A stretch of DNA of 64,000 nucleotides, from assembly GCF_963853765.1 (NCBI RefSeq), contig NC_088854.1, forward strand, positions 57,846,001-57,910,000. Direction: 5' to 3'. Source of the DNA: Magallana gigas (Eukaryota). Shown piece after piece: positions 1 through 18,327 of this stretch. The translations under genes were made by a program, and so were the position numbers. Each line of letters begins with the position of its first letter. Position 1 is the first letter of the stretch. The notes under the pieces were generated by a model that was given only the letters and a program-made list of their open reading frames with translations, did not search any database and was not told the DNA's origin.

Positions 1-2811
1 TCTCCTTGGTGGTCGAAATCTAAAACAATGTCAACAAATTAACAATGATCCAACACTTTCCAAACCTTTTTAACAATGGTCAAAACTTTCCAAGCTTTCT
101 TTTTGATAATGCTTTAATCCTTTCCAAATTTTCTTTTCAACAATGATCCAAATCATGAGCAAGAATCCCTTTTCTTACCCTTTCACAGGTCAAGCACTGC
201 ACTGAGCTCAAGATTTTACCATCAAATATGTCTGATATCACACTTCTGTATTGCACATTTTTCTTGTTTCCTAATGGAACAAAACAAGTGTTATATCTTT
301 TTTATAAATTCCACTCTGAACCAATATATTGGTACATGCAAATGGTAATAAAATAAAACATTTTCTATTACACATATTATGAATTTCACAAATACTCACC
401 CTTTGGTCCAAGAGATGCTTTAGATGAATACTGAGACTTTTTGGAGTCCACATTTTCTGAGAACTTCCGGGTCCTGCTGGAACTTTTCTCTGTGTCTCCC
501 TTTCCCCCATCCGAGGGCTCTTTACCCCTGCCCCCTTGTTTCATCATCTTGTTGCTCTGTGTGTCACTGTCTTTAGAGGCAATGCTATCCCCCGCCCCGG
601 AATCCTGGTCACTGTTATTCACCTGAATGTAAGTTTTCCCACCTGACACTATACTGTTTGGACACTGATTTTGATTTTCTTTGTTCAGCAGAGTTGAGTC
701 TGTCAAATTTTTTTCACTACTGTTTCCAGAATCACATGACTCGTAACACTCCTCTGATTGGGTACTGCTATTAGAATCTCCCGACAACTGCCTGTGATGA
801 TTATTTTCTGTTTTATCACCACTCGTCTCTTCATCGTCATCATCATCAGTAACCAGGGGTTGTTTTAATTCTTCATGGATTTGATCCATAAAACATCTCA
901 AGAATTCCTGAGCATCCTTTTATTAATAAATAAAAATTTCATATTCTTTTAGTATTAAAATGTTGCTTCACATTTATGTAGAGGACAATATTTTTGAAGC
1001 CAATTTTCTACAAGTTATACCTGTTGAGAATATCCTCTGAACATTGGATGAACTACTTTTATGCCAGTAACAACTCCATTTGGAATGACATAGCTGGGCC
1101 TACAAAAAATTTTCAACCAAGATTTATGCTTTCAAGAAACAAATTGTAAATATATTCACATGCATATTTTCATCAAGTTTTATTTATGCAAACATACATT
1201 ATCATGGATTAGAAAGAACCTACAATTTTCATTCAGGAAGTTCTTATACTATATTGTCAGATTTCATTGATAAACTTGACAATGAAACAATTCACTTGGA
1301 TTCAGGGGGGGGGGGGCAGTACCTCTTCTTGTGCCAGATTTCATTAACAAGCTTCATGTAGTTCTTGGACAACATGGGGGATCTCTCTGGTCTAACATAG
1401 GCTGAGCAGTCCAGGAAAAATCTGGTTAGTGGAGGACTGAAAATTAAAACATATAGTATAAGGCTTTATTACAATAGTATTCTCCTATCTACAAAGCAAA
1501 AAAAAATTCTCTAATAAGAATTAATTCAATAATAATGGTTTGCATTTCTTCTTTAAAATTGGCAATTGTATCAAATAAAGTGTATGCATCATGTACACTT
1601 CATATACAGTAATGATAAAGTGAGACATTCAGCATTTTAAAAAAGGAGTTGCAGAAATTTCACCAGTTGGATAAAGCTTGAACAGCTGCATTAAGGTAAC
1701 AGGTGTTCCCCAAATTCTGTAGTCCTGTTAATCCTACAATGTACAATAAATTTGTTATCAGATATTACTAAAATTTTAACCCCTTTATTGCTTCTTGGCC
1801 ATATTAAAATTCATTTTTTTTTCATTCATAAATAAGTAAAAACTAACAAACAGTCAGGATGGTCACTTCACCATGCTATTGCCATCTAAAAATGGTGGTT
1901 TGAATGTGTTTACCTCTAGGCTTCATGTTTTCGTCTTCACCCTCAGAGTCTGATTCTTCACCAGCTGAAATACTACGATATGGAGAACTGTCTGAGCCCA
2001 GCTTTCTGCTCCGTGATCCACTGCTAGGTAATGAACTCATTCCATCCTCCAACATATCACAGTCCTTTTTAATCGGAACACTGGCAGAGTTTTCTGGGAT
2101 GCTGAAAGGAAATTAAATTATGGTTCAGAAGAACTGCACACATTTAACTTCTTGTCTCTAGTAAACAACATGGTGGTATGGGTAATGGTGAAATACACAT
2201 ACATGAAGGTTGGTGTATTCCTTGATGGAAAAACCTCACTTTCACATCTGTAACACCATATTCGTAGAGTTGTCAAGTTGATTGTCAAATAATGTTGATA
2301 CTCCTGCAATAAAACCACCATACTATCAATTAAAGTATTACAATGTATATCTAATAATGCTTTAGTGAACATTAGCAAAAAGTAGAAAATAAAAATTAGT
2401 GAAAGTTACTGATTATGTGTTGAAATACAATTAACTAGCATTAGTTTTTCCTAATAACTTTTTTGAATGTTTAGAGTATATCTTACATCAGAGTGAGCGG
2501 AGCTGTGGTCGGAGTAGGACTCTCCACAGCCTACATACTGACAGGACCCAACCAAACACAGCCACAGGTTACTGGTGCTCACCTTACAGGTAAAACAACT
2601 TACAGGGCCCTGAAACAATCAAACAACTTTTAGTTGGCAAGCGCCCCTCAAAGACTTGTGCACAAAGTAAATCAGCCTTCTATGGGATGTTAGTGACGAA
2701 TGAGAGTGCTTGTGATAATTGATTTCATACCTGTTGCTTGCGTCTGAGCTCTTCCCAAGTAACGCTGTCTACTACATTCACATGGGGACATGCAGAAGTT
2801 TTTGCTGGCAT
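1..2811 (-). CDS. USP20/USP33: Ubiquitin carboxyl-terminal hydrolase 20/33 (zf-UBP + USP catalytic domain), 5' part; gene continues beyond the left edge
   Basis: Exons (minus): 2811-2731, 2609-2487, 2303-2203, 2101-1914, 1733-1664, 1436-1323, 1099-1021, 916-400, 270-179, 19-1. All are GT-AG and in phase. The translation gives [11 protein letters not shown]..., zf-[30 protein letters not shown] / [22 protein letters not shown], Cys box [28 protein letters not shown], then [19 protein letters not shown] and [23 protein letters not shown]. These match vertebrate USP20/USP33 as I recall them; an invertebrate copy is probably co-orthologous to both. Confidence 0.95.
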
Positions 2812-3450
2812 TCTTTATTTACCCTTGTCTAAATTAAAATCATCAGACATTTTAGTAAGATCTCTAAATATTTCACAAGCTAAAATGAGTATAGTTTCCC
2901 TTATAAATCAAATGCTTCAAATCTCTTCTTTAACAGTTTAATGTAATTAGCCGTATATGAAAATTTCTAACTGTAACCACTAATATAACCTGATGACATA
3001 TCATTTCTATAAATCAAATTGAAATAGCTTTCGTTTACTATGTATTCATTCAGACTTAAACTTTTGATGAATGTGAAGTCGATTTATAGACCTACTGTAT
3101 TATATGCACCCTTCCTAATTTTTTGTTCGTTTATCAAGCAAAACTAAACCACGCTCATCGGAACATGATTTTTGAGCTCTAGGGAGCAGTTTCGGGTTTG
3201 CTGCTGGTCATCGATCGGAGAGGAAGTAGTGTCTGGCTCAGTCGGACGTTTGAGATTTTTCGGCTATCTTCGACTTTATGTTGAGAGTTTGTACTCACAA
3301 ACCGAAGAGTTCCGAGTAGAACAAGAATTTTTATTCAAAATGGTGGAGAAAATTCTGACGATGGCGAAAATAAATCAGTGTGACTGTGTCTGTGGGTAAA
3401 CTCTCTCCTCCAGAATAAATGTAATTGGACCATTCCCAGAAATTTTGAAT
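2812..3450. promoter_or_regulatory. Shared bidirectional promoter region, USP20/33 - WDR47
   Basis: Divergent start codons lie 640 bp apart. There is a CpG-containing patch at ~3150-3370 and YY1-like AAAATGG/GATGGCG motifs near 3337-3367. TSSs were not determined. Confidence 0.6.
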
Positions 3451-10443
<6,993 letters not shown>

Positions 10444-12694
10444 GCCCCCCAACCACCCAAGAACTGCTATATATATGGCTTTATCTGAACCAATTTGTAC
10501 AGTGCTTTATGTTTGAACTTTAAACCTTGTTCATATGTTTGCAGATATACAATAGATTTATAGATATTTTATGAATCCAATAATTTCATGTCTGGTTATT
10601 GCAAAATACATGTTTACTCACATTCATGGACTTTGAACTTCAAAACACCATAAACCAAGAATTATTCAAGTGCAATAAATATTGGTTAGATTTGAAGCAA
10701 TATACAAAAAGTACTTCTGGAATTAAAAAAGAATTAATACTTGCTTGCAGAAATTAATCATTGCAGAAAAATTATCAACTTGCCAGAAAAAAAATTGTAT
10801 AAAAATTAGGTTTATACAGTTTTTAAGTGAAACAAAATTGGGTGCTTTGATAACAAAAGTACAATGCACAAGTCAGTGAAAGAAAATTAAGAAAAGGAAA
10901 GCTTTGAACTTGCTGGTGTTTTGAGTTCAAAGTACATGGATATGGGCAAACTTTAGTAAATATTATTGTACATAGGAGATATATAGTTTGTGCACATTGT
11001 AAAGAGCTTTTATATAAAAACATTTACACAACCAGTGTGCACTGCCATGATTATTTTATGATTATGTTTACCGGTAATTATCTCATTTCTTTTGGAATTT
11101 ATTATTTGTGTTTATAATGTTTTTCTTGACGTATATATCAGTAAGTAAGAACTTACTGAACTGGTTATTGAAGAGAAAGAAAGAGAGAGAGGCTGGAAGT
11201 TTGACTACTTTACACTTCTAAAGCTTGCTTACAATGATGTACAGTTTATTTTACATGTTTCTGAAGCACTTGTATATATTTTAAGCATTATGGAGGTTTT
11301 TATACAGTTGTATAAACCAGTGCCATTATATCTAGTCAAATACTTGTGTGTGTTACTTCATGCAAGTGATATTTTTTGTGTCATGTCGCCATTTAGCAGT
11401 TTATCCTTCAAGTACTTAAATTGTGGTCTCATGGTTTTGTTTGCTTGTTTACAGCTATTTTCTTACCATACAAGGTTTCTGTTGTTTACACAAGTAACCA
11501 ACTGTACAAATGATTCTGTCCCCAAATATTTAGTCTGTGATGCTGACAAGTTGGGTATTATATTTACAGATTTTGTTTTCTCTTTTTTTTTGTGATGGCT
11601 TTCATTCCGCCCATTATTTTTCTTTTGGTTGGTTTTTCCTCCCCTGTGAAGATTTTTTTTATTTTATTTATATTATATTTCCCACCATTATTACCCATTT
11701 ATATAGACTGTATAAAGAATAGAGTTCCATTATACAAATATATTCCTATGTGTTGTGAAAGATAAATACATGTATTCACATTATACATAGTATAGTATCT
11801 CACTATTTATTGTATACCATTCTTACTTATCTGTAGATCTGAGATTTGTACACATGTATTGTGCATGTTAACTGTATTACACACAGAAGAGGAAAGAGGA
11901 CAAGTCCAAACTTGTTTCTGGAAATTCATGGATGTAGGATTTTTATGAAAAAATATAAAAAATGTTTATTTAGAAAAAATTACATTCAAAGATTTGCAAA
12001 AAAAGATTATTACATGATTTGAAAAATTAGGCTTTTAGAATATCAATTGATAGATTCAGCTTGACCTTTTGTGTACAAGTTTGGCTCTGTACCTGACAGT
12101 TTAAAAAAATACCCAAGATTTTGATGTAAATTCATATACTGAGTGAACTTATTTGTAGATATCACTCACATGTATTGCTAAATCAATCTAACAAATGCAA
12201 CATGTAATTTCAAACTTTATAACTTAATAATGATTAATTAGGACACAGTAACAAAAATTTTGAAATTAACTAGTGGGAAGAACATTAATTTCATTTTTCA
12301 CCCTATTTCTGTTACAATTTTAGTTTTGCTTTACAATGTACATTTTTGAAAATATAAATTCAACTTTTGTACATGAATAGCTTTTGTCACAGAGACAGAT
12401 TTGCTAGGTACGGGACTGAGTTAGGCTTCGCATGTTCAGCTCATTCTTTTGATGTTACTGTCTTTGCAAACTTTTTTCAAATTTTCTTGCAGTAAAGGTA
12501 GAATAAACTCCACAAGAATTATGTGTTGTTTTTTTGTGAACTCTCATTTAGTCCTCAGTTAACACTGCCCACTGTATGTCAATGTATTGACGGTGAGATG
12601 TTGACCTCTTGTTAACACTGGACTTTAACTATAATGGACATAGTGGCTGCACTGAGTGGTCTAGTCTTGTACAACACTACAACAGGGCTGACAA

Positions 12695-15600
12695 TCAAAA
12701 GATATCCTCCGCATCATAGCTCACAATCTCCCTCTTGTCTTTGTAGGAGCTCTTCTGAGAATTACTGGCAGCTAAAAGATAACAATTTGTAACCCTGGTA
12801 AATGTCTTGCATGAATAATGTAAAACAGGTACATAATTTGGAGTTTAATAATAAATGTTTCCTAATTGTGGGTATACATGTATGTGGTACCAATACATTT
12901 GATTTCACAAGTATGTTATTGTACAAGACTCTTAACAAAACACTATGTAGACAAGAATAGAATTCCACGGTCCCCCGCCGGTCAAGCAGTATACTAGTAT
13001 ACTGTATATTGGAATATTTTCAAACATTCAGGGCTGTTCCAGAATTAAATGTGTGGGGAGGTTGGGAGGAACATTTTTTTACCCCCACCACCCATTTTTT
13101 ATACCCCCGCTCCGAAGGAGAGGGGGTATACTGTTTTACCCTTGTGTGTCTGTCTGTCTGTCCGTCCGTTTGTCCGTCTGTCTGTCTGTCTGTCCGTAAC
13201 AAAAATTTCTGTCGCATTTATCTCAGCAACTATTTATCGCAGATGCTTGAAATTTTAACACAGTGTTTGTTAAGGCATGCCATATCGTGGGATATATTTT
13301 TGTACCAATCGGATGTCAACTTCCTGTTAAATGACGACTTTGCTTATTTTTTAACCAAAATTTTCAAACAAATTTTCGTCAAAGATTTCTCAGCAACTGT
13401 TTATCGCAGATGCTTGAAATTTTTACACTGTATTTGTATAGGCATGCCATATCGTGGGATATATTTTTGTACCAATCAGACGTCAACTTCCTGTTAAATG
13501 ACAACTTTGTTTATTTTTAGCCAAAATTTTCAAACAAATTTCCGTCAAAGAATTCTCAGCAACTGTTTATCGCAGATGCTTGAAATTTTTACACAGTATT
13601 TGTATAGGCGTGCTATATCGTGGGATGTATTTTTGTACCAATCAGACTTCAACTTCCTGTTAAATGACGACTTTGTTTATTTTTAGCCAAAATTTTCAAA
13701 CAAATTTTCCTCAAAGATTTCTCAGCAACTATTTATTGCAGATGCTCGAAATTTTTACACAATATTTGTATAGGCATTCCATATGGTGGGATATATTTCT
13801 CTACCAATCGGGTGTCAACTTCCTGTTAAATGACGACTTTGTTTATTTTTAGCCAAAATTTTCAAACAAATTTTTGTCAAAGATTTCTCAGCAGCTATTT
13901 ATCGCAGATGCTTGAAATTTTAACACATTATTTGTTTTGGCATGCCATATTGTGGGATATATTTTTGTATCAATCGGATGTCAACTTCCTGTTAAATAAT
14001 GACTGTTTATTTTTTGCCAAAATTTTTAAACAAATTTTCGTCAAAGATTTCTCAGCAGCTATTTATCGGAGATGTTTGAAATTTTTACACAGTGTTTGTT
14101 AAGGCATGCCATATCGTGGGATATATTTTTGTACCAATCAGACGTCATCTTCCTGTTAAATGAGTACTTTGTTTATTTTAGCCAAAATTTTCAAACAATT
14201 TTCCTCAAAAATTTCTTAGCATCTATGTATCGCAGATGCTTGAAATTTTAACACACTATTTGTATAGGCATGCCATATTGTGGGATATATTTCTGTACCA
14301 ATCAGATGCCAGCTTTCTGTTAAATGTCGACTTTGCTTATTTTGCATATTCACATCAGAGCGGGGGTATCACTAGTGAGCATTGGCTCACAGATATCTTG
14401 TTTTTTCTATTTTTCCTGTCGCAAATATATCAAAAATACTACAATCTAAAAGAACTTGACCAAGATAATAGTGGTATAAACATTTGGTATAAATTTAATG
14501 AAAATCCGTCAAAATTTGTAGGTATGAGAGCGCTTACAAGGTCAATTTTTTTTATAAAACGGAGACGTTATTGTGGTCAAAGTCCCATAACTCCAACAAA
14601 AAGTATCGACCAATGATGATTTTCGAACTTGACCAAGGTAATAGTAGTATAAACATTTGGTATAAATTTAATGAAAATCTGTCAAAATTTGTAGGTATGA
14701 GAGCGCTTACAAGGTCAATTTTTGGATAAAACAGAGTCATTATTGTGATCAAAGTCCTATAACTCCAACAAAAAGTATCGACCAATGCTGATTTTCGAAC
14801 TTGACCAAAGTATTAGTGGTATAAACATTTAGTATAAATTTAATGAAAATCGGTCAAAATTTGTAGGTATGAGAGCGCTTACAAAAAAGTGTGACGGACG
14901 GACACACGGACGCACAGACGCACGCACGCACGCCCGGCATTTCTATGTCCCCGCACCGCGTTGCGGCGGGGGACAATTAAAGGCTTGCAAAAAGAGCACC
15001 ATACCTATGGAGGACCAGGATTTGGTAGACTGGTCATTGTTCTGATCAAAAGATGGCTGTCTACGTGCCATGGTCACTTTTAACTGAATTCCTTCAACCA
15101 TTGCCCCATTCACCTATAGAGGAAAGTAATGAAACAATGTCAAACAATATTAAACTATTACGGTGAATTAACCATGCATCGGACACATACCTTGGATCGG
15201 ACAACTTTGTTTATAAATATACAAATAAATGTGCATGCGCTCTTGTGTTGTTTCGTATATTCCTGAATTACAACAAATGATTTTTATCATTATTAAGAAT
15301 TTGACAGTCACATTGTCAAAGAAATAGCAATATAGGTATCATAAAATGACGCCAAATACGACATCATTGAAAATTTAGTTACGAAGATTTTACACTAAAG
15401 CATTATTTGAATGTTGTGCGTTTGATTGTGAATTAGTGAAAATGCACCCTCTGCGTAAAATAATTAGAAAAAAGTAAGTTTTGAAACAAAATTTGAGTAA
15501 AATAAGTCCAAGAAATTTGAACAATTAATGTCAAGGTCATTTTTGCTCCATATGTTCATTTCACCATGGATCGGACGCAAATTAACCATGCATCGGACAG

Positions 15601-18027
15601 TTTTCACTGCATGATTTCTTCTAATAATAAGGATATTATGTGCCCATTCCTTGTGTTATACTTTAAATGTGAAGTAAAATAAAAATTAAAAAAATAATTG
15701 ATACAAACATTTTCCTCAGACCACTTAAAAATCGAGTTTTACGAACACAGGCTTTTTAGTCCAAAGTTCCTGTAGGAGCTGGCACGATAAAGAACCCCTT
15801 ATGATAAATATTCATTTAAACAGAAGCACTAGTCTAAATTCCTAAATGTAGATTTGAGGATTTACATTAAAAGAAATCTGAATAGCAATTGAATAAATTA
15901 ATATTTTCGAACCTTTGTATTTTTGCATTAAAACCAGAAAATGTTATTTTTAATCTCTACTGTTCTGCTATAGCTGTCCGATGCTTGGTAAATATTGTCC
16001 GATCCATGGTGAAATAGTTCAACACTTCATTAATGTGCTTTATTTTCTACATTTTGAACAATTTCACAAATTTTTCTCCAATAATTATGCAAGGGGAAAA
16101 ACTGTAACTTTTAAAACAAGTTTTATTTATATTTGAACAATATTTGATGCGTGAACAAAGGGAAAAATCCAAAGGTGCCTGATGCATGGTGAAATCACCC
16201 TAAATAGAATCTCTTTTATTTATTTACCTACGGAGCAAAGGATGAAACTGTTACAATGTATCCATTGACCAAAAATTTGTTTACAACAAAAAAGTACCTC
16301 AGCAATGGCTGTATCTGCCGACTCCATTCTCTCAAAAGAAACAAAACCAACACTGAAAAACATCAAGACATCTGTGATTACAAAGGTCATATAAAATACA
16401 TTAATGAAGTATTAACCTCTTACTATCATAAACAAAAATAACATATAGACCTTGTAGAAAAAGACATACTGTTTATCCCGCTCCATATTGATGTTGAGTA
16501 TGGTGCCTATATTAGAGAAAGCCTTCCTGAGGATCTCCTCAGTGATCCCTAATCCATTAACATAAATCGTGTTTCCTTTCTTAGGCAGGTCGTAGTCTCG
16601 ATCCCGTCTCTCCTGCTGAGCTCTTTCTTCCCTTCTTTCTTCTCTTTCACGATCATAACCTGGTGGGAAAGGGTAAATTGATCAAACTGGTTCAAATCTT
16701 CTATTAAACAATACCTGTTATTGCTGTATATAGAATTTCTTCAAATTAGAATCATGTCGTGATGAATGAAATTTTCTAAACATGTCTAATTAGGAGATAA
16801 ATAGGACAGATACACAAAGTAATACCTCCGCTGACAAAACTGTCATACAGGCCCCTCATCCTTGGTCTCTGAGAAGTTTTCTGTTAAAAAAAAAAATAGC
16901 AACAAAAATTATCAAGCAATCAATATCTAAACTCTATTTTAAATAATAAATGAACGTCAAGTCAGTTTTTGCTTCTTTACATTTCCATCTTTGTCTTCTT
17001 CCTCGGCTTGAGCTGCTGAAAAAGGTTGAAATCCTACAGCTGTTGGGGTCTTCTCAGGATCCTAATAAAGAGGTCAGCACATTTCAAGAAATCCGATAAT
17101 GAATACACCTTTTTAGCACTTACTTAATATTTTACAATGTATAATTCTATAAATTATACTGATGAATAAGTTTTGATATAGGCAATAATAGATGATTTCA
17201 AATTACCTTTAATTTTCTCTCTTGGTTCTTGGATCGTTTAAAACTTTGTTTCTCATTGTCTACTTTGATTTTGATCGACTGCAAAAAAAAAAGAAAATCA
17301 TTGACAGTCAAAAATTATAACAAAACACTGTTTGTCAAAAAGATAATAACTTATTTCTTAGCATTTTTGCTTATCTCTGTAGGGTACATAAATAAAATAT
17401 GCTGCATGATCTGCGATGTTTACCCCTGACTTGAGCAGTTTCTTGGCTTGTTCCTTGGCATCTTCTGCAGACTCAGCTGCAGCTGTAAGACAGAGATATC
17501 ATTTATTATAGACATACATTTCACAGTTTATACTCAAACAATTTTACTCTGGCATAGAATGCTTGTCGATGTATTAGACTAAAAATAATATATACTTATC
17601 ATTTTAGTGCAACCAATATGCTCGTTCATGTGCAAGAATTTTGATTCAGAGAATGTCACTGACGCTGGCTAATAAGGTTACTGTTTGTCACAAACTTACG
17701 TCTTTTAGCAGGAGCCGCCTCAGCTTGTACCCGCTCTGGTTTTGCTGTTCTTATTGCTTGTAATGCCTTTTTCTGTTAAAATTAAGAATTTTAGATTTAT
17801 TTAGTTATTGAGTCAAACAAAAGTGCAAGGTAGAAAGTTTAAAAATCGAAAATTTTAGGTTTTCTTTATTCACAGAATGGTAGCTTGTAGAAATCTTTTC
17901 CTCCCAAAACTATCTTATTTGAATTCATTGATAAACAAAAAAATACCTTCTTTTTCAAAGTGGCATATTTTTGCTTCAAAATGAGCTCTTCTTCGGTTAA
18001 ATTTTGTGGAAAATTGACGTAAACCAT
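12695..18027 (-). CDS. NELFE: Negative elongation factor E (RRM protein), ~283 aa
   Basis: Exons (minus): 18027-17947, 17772-17700, 17482-17424, 17278-17207, 17061-16981, 16880-16826, 16659-16470, 16352-16298, 15113-15005, 12771-12695 (852 nt, in frame). MVYVNFPQNLTEEELILKQKYATLKKKKKAL, EQAKKLLKSG, FKRSK..ERKLKDPEK, GLYDSFVS, RRM KKGNTIYV..FVSFERMESADTAIAEVNG..QLKVTMARRQP and C-terminal KDKREIVSYD all follow NELF-E. None of these exons appears in the supplied ORF track. Confidence 0.93.
12950..14980 (-). mobile_element. Outer HINE/pearl-like element (interrupted) with ~172-bp tandem units
   Basis: Perfect 11-bp subterminal inverted repeats GTCCCCCGCCG (12970-12980) / CGGCGGGGGAC (14964-14974). 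A GACG/CACG microsatellite lies at 14892-14934. About 2.7 units restart at GAACTTGACCAA near 14452, 14626 and 14797. ACAAGAAT terminus at 12951. Confidence 0.8.
13095..14406 (+). mobile_element. Inner, intact-looking HINE with ~7 tandem 166-bp units, inserted into a T-run of the outer element
   Basis: Perfect 12-bp subterminal IR ATACCCCCGCTC (13101-13112) / GAGCGGGGGTAT (14358-14369), GTCT/GTCC microsatellite at 13146-13197, and 3' hairpin GTGAGC-ATTG-GCTCAC (14375-14390) followed by CTTG-T(n). The 166-bp period is visible in the repeated ORFs starting at 13498, 13664 and 13830. Confidence 0.9.
15161..16200. mobile_element. 1040-bp non-autonomous TIR element (Tc1/mariner-like MITE) with TA TSD in a NELFE intron
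   Basis: TA flanks at 15159-15160 and 16201-16202. Imperfect ~25-bp TIRs CGGTGAATTAACCATGCATCGGACA / TGCCTGATGCATGGTGAAATCACCC. Seven copies of a 13-bp CCATG(C/G)ATCGGAC-like motif, four direct and three inverted. Confidence 0.75.
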
Positions 18028-18327
18028 TTTTACAAGTAGATAAAAATTACTCTTCTTAAAATGGAGGTAACAAAATGGTCGGTTACACTAATTAACGAAA
18101 TGCTCGAATTAAAAGTCTAAAACAGAATTCTCAAGTTTCATCTATTGCTCTATAAAATCTCATTTTTATTATTTCGTAAATAAATTTTGTCTTTATCATT
18201 TATTGAAATGCTAATATAAAATTCTTCTGACATAATATAAAATATTTTAAAACTTGTATTATGATTCATGTAGTTAGCGCACCTTGAAGGAAAACGTGTG
18301 CCTACTTTCACTTTACCAAATATTGTG
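18028..18327. promoter_or_regulatory. Compact bidirectional promoter, NELFE - QTRT2
   Basis: Only 300 bp separate the divergent ATGs (18027 and 18328). AAAATGG-type motifs lie at ~18058-18082. Confidence 0.65.

Noticed and set aside
13009-14785. Several 60-160-aa ORFs, some nearly identical (MTTLFIFSQNFQTNF...)
   Set aside because: They are translations of the 166-bp and ~172-bp tandem units inside HINEs in a NELFE intron; no transposase or helicase motifs.
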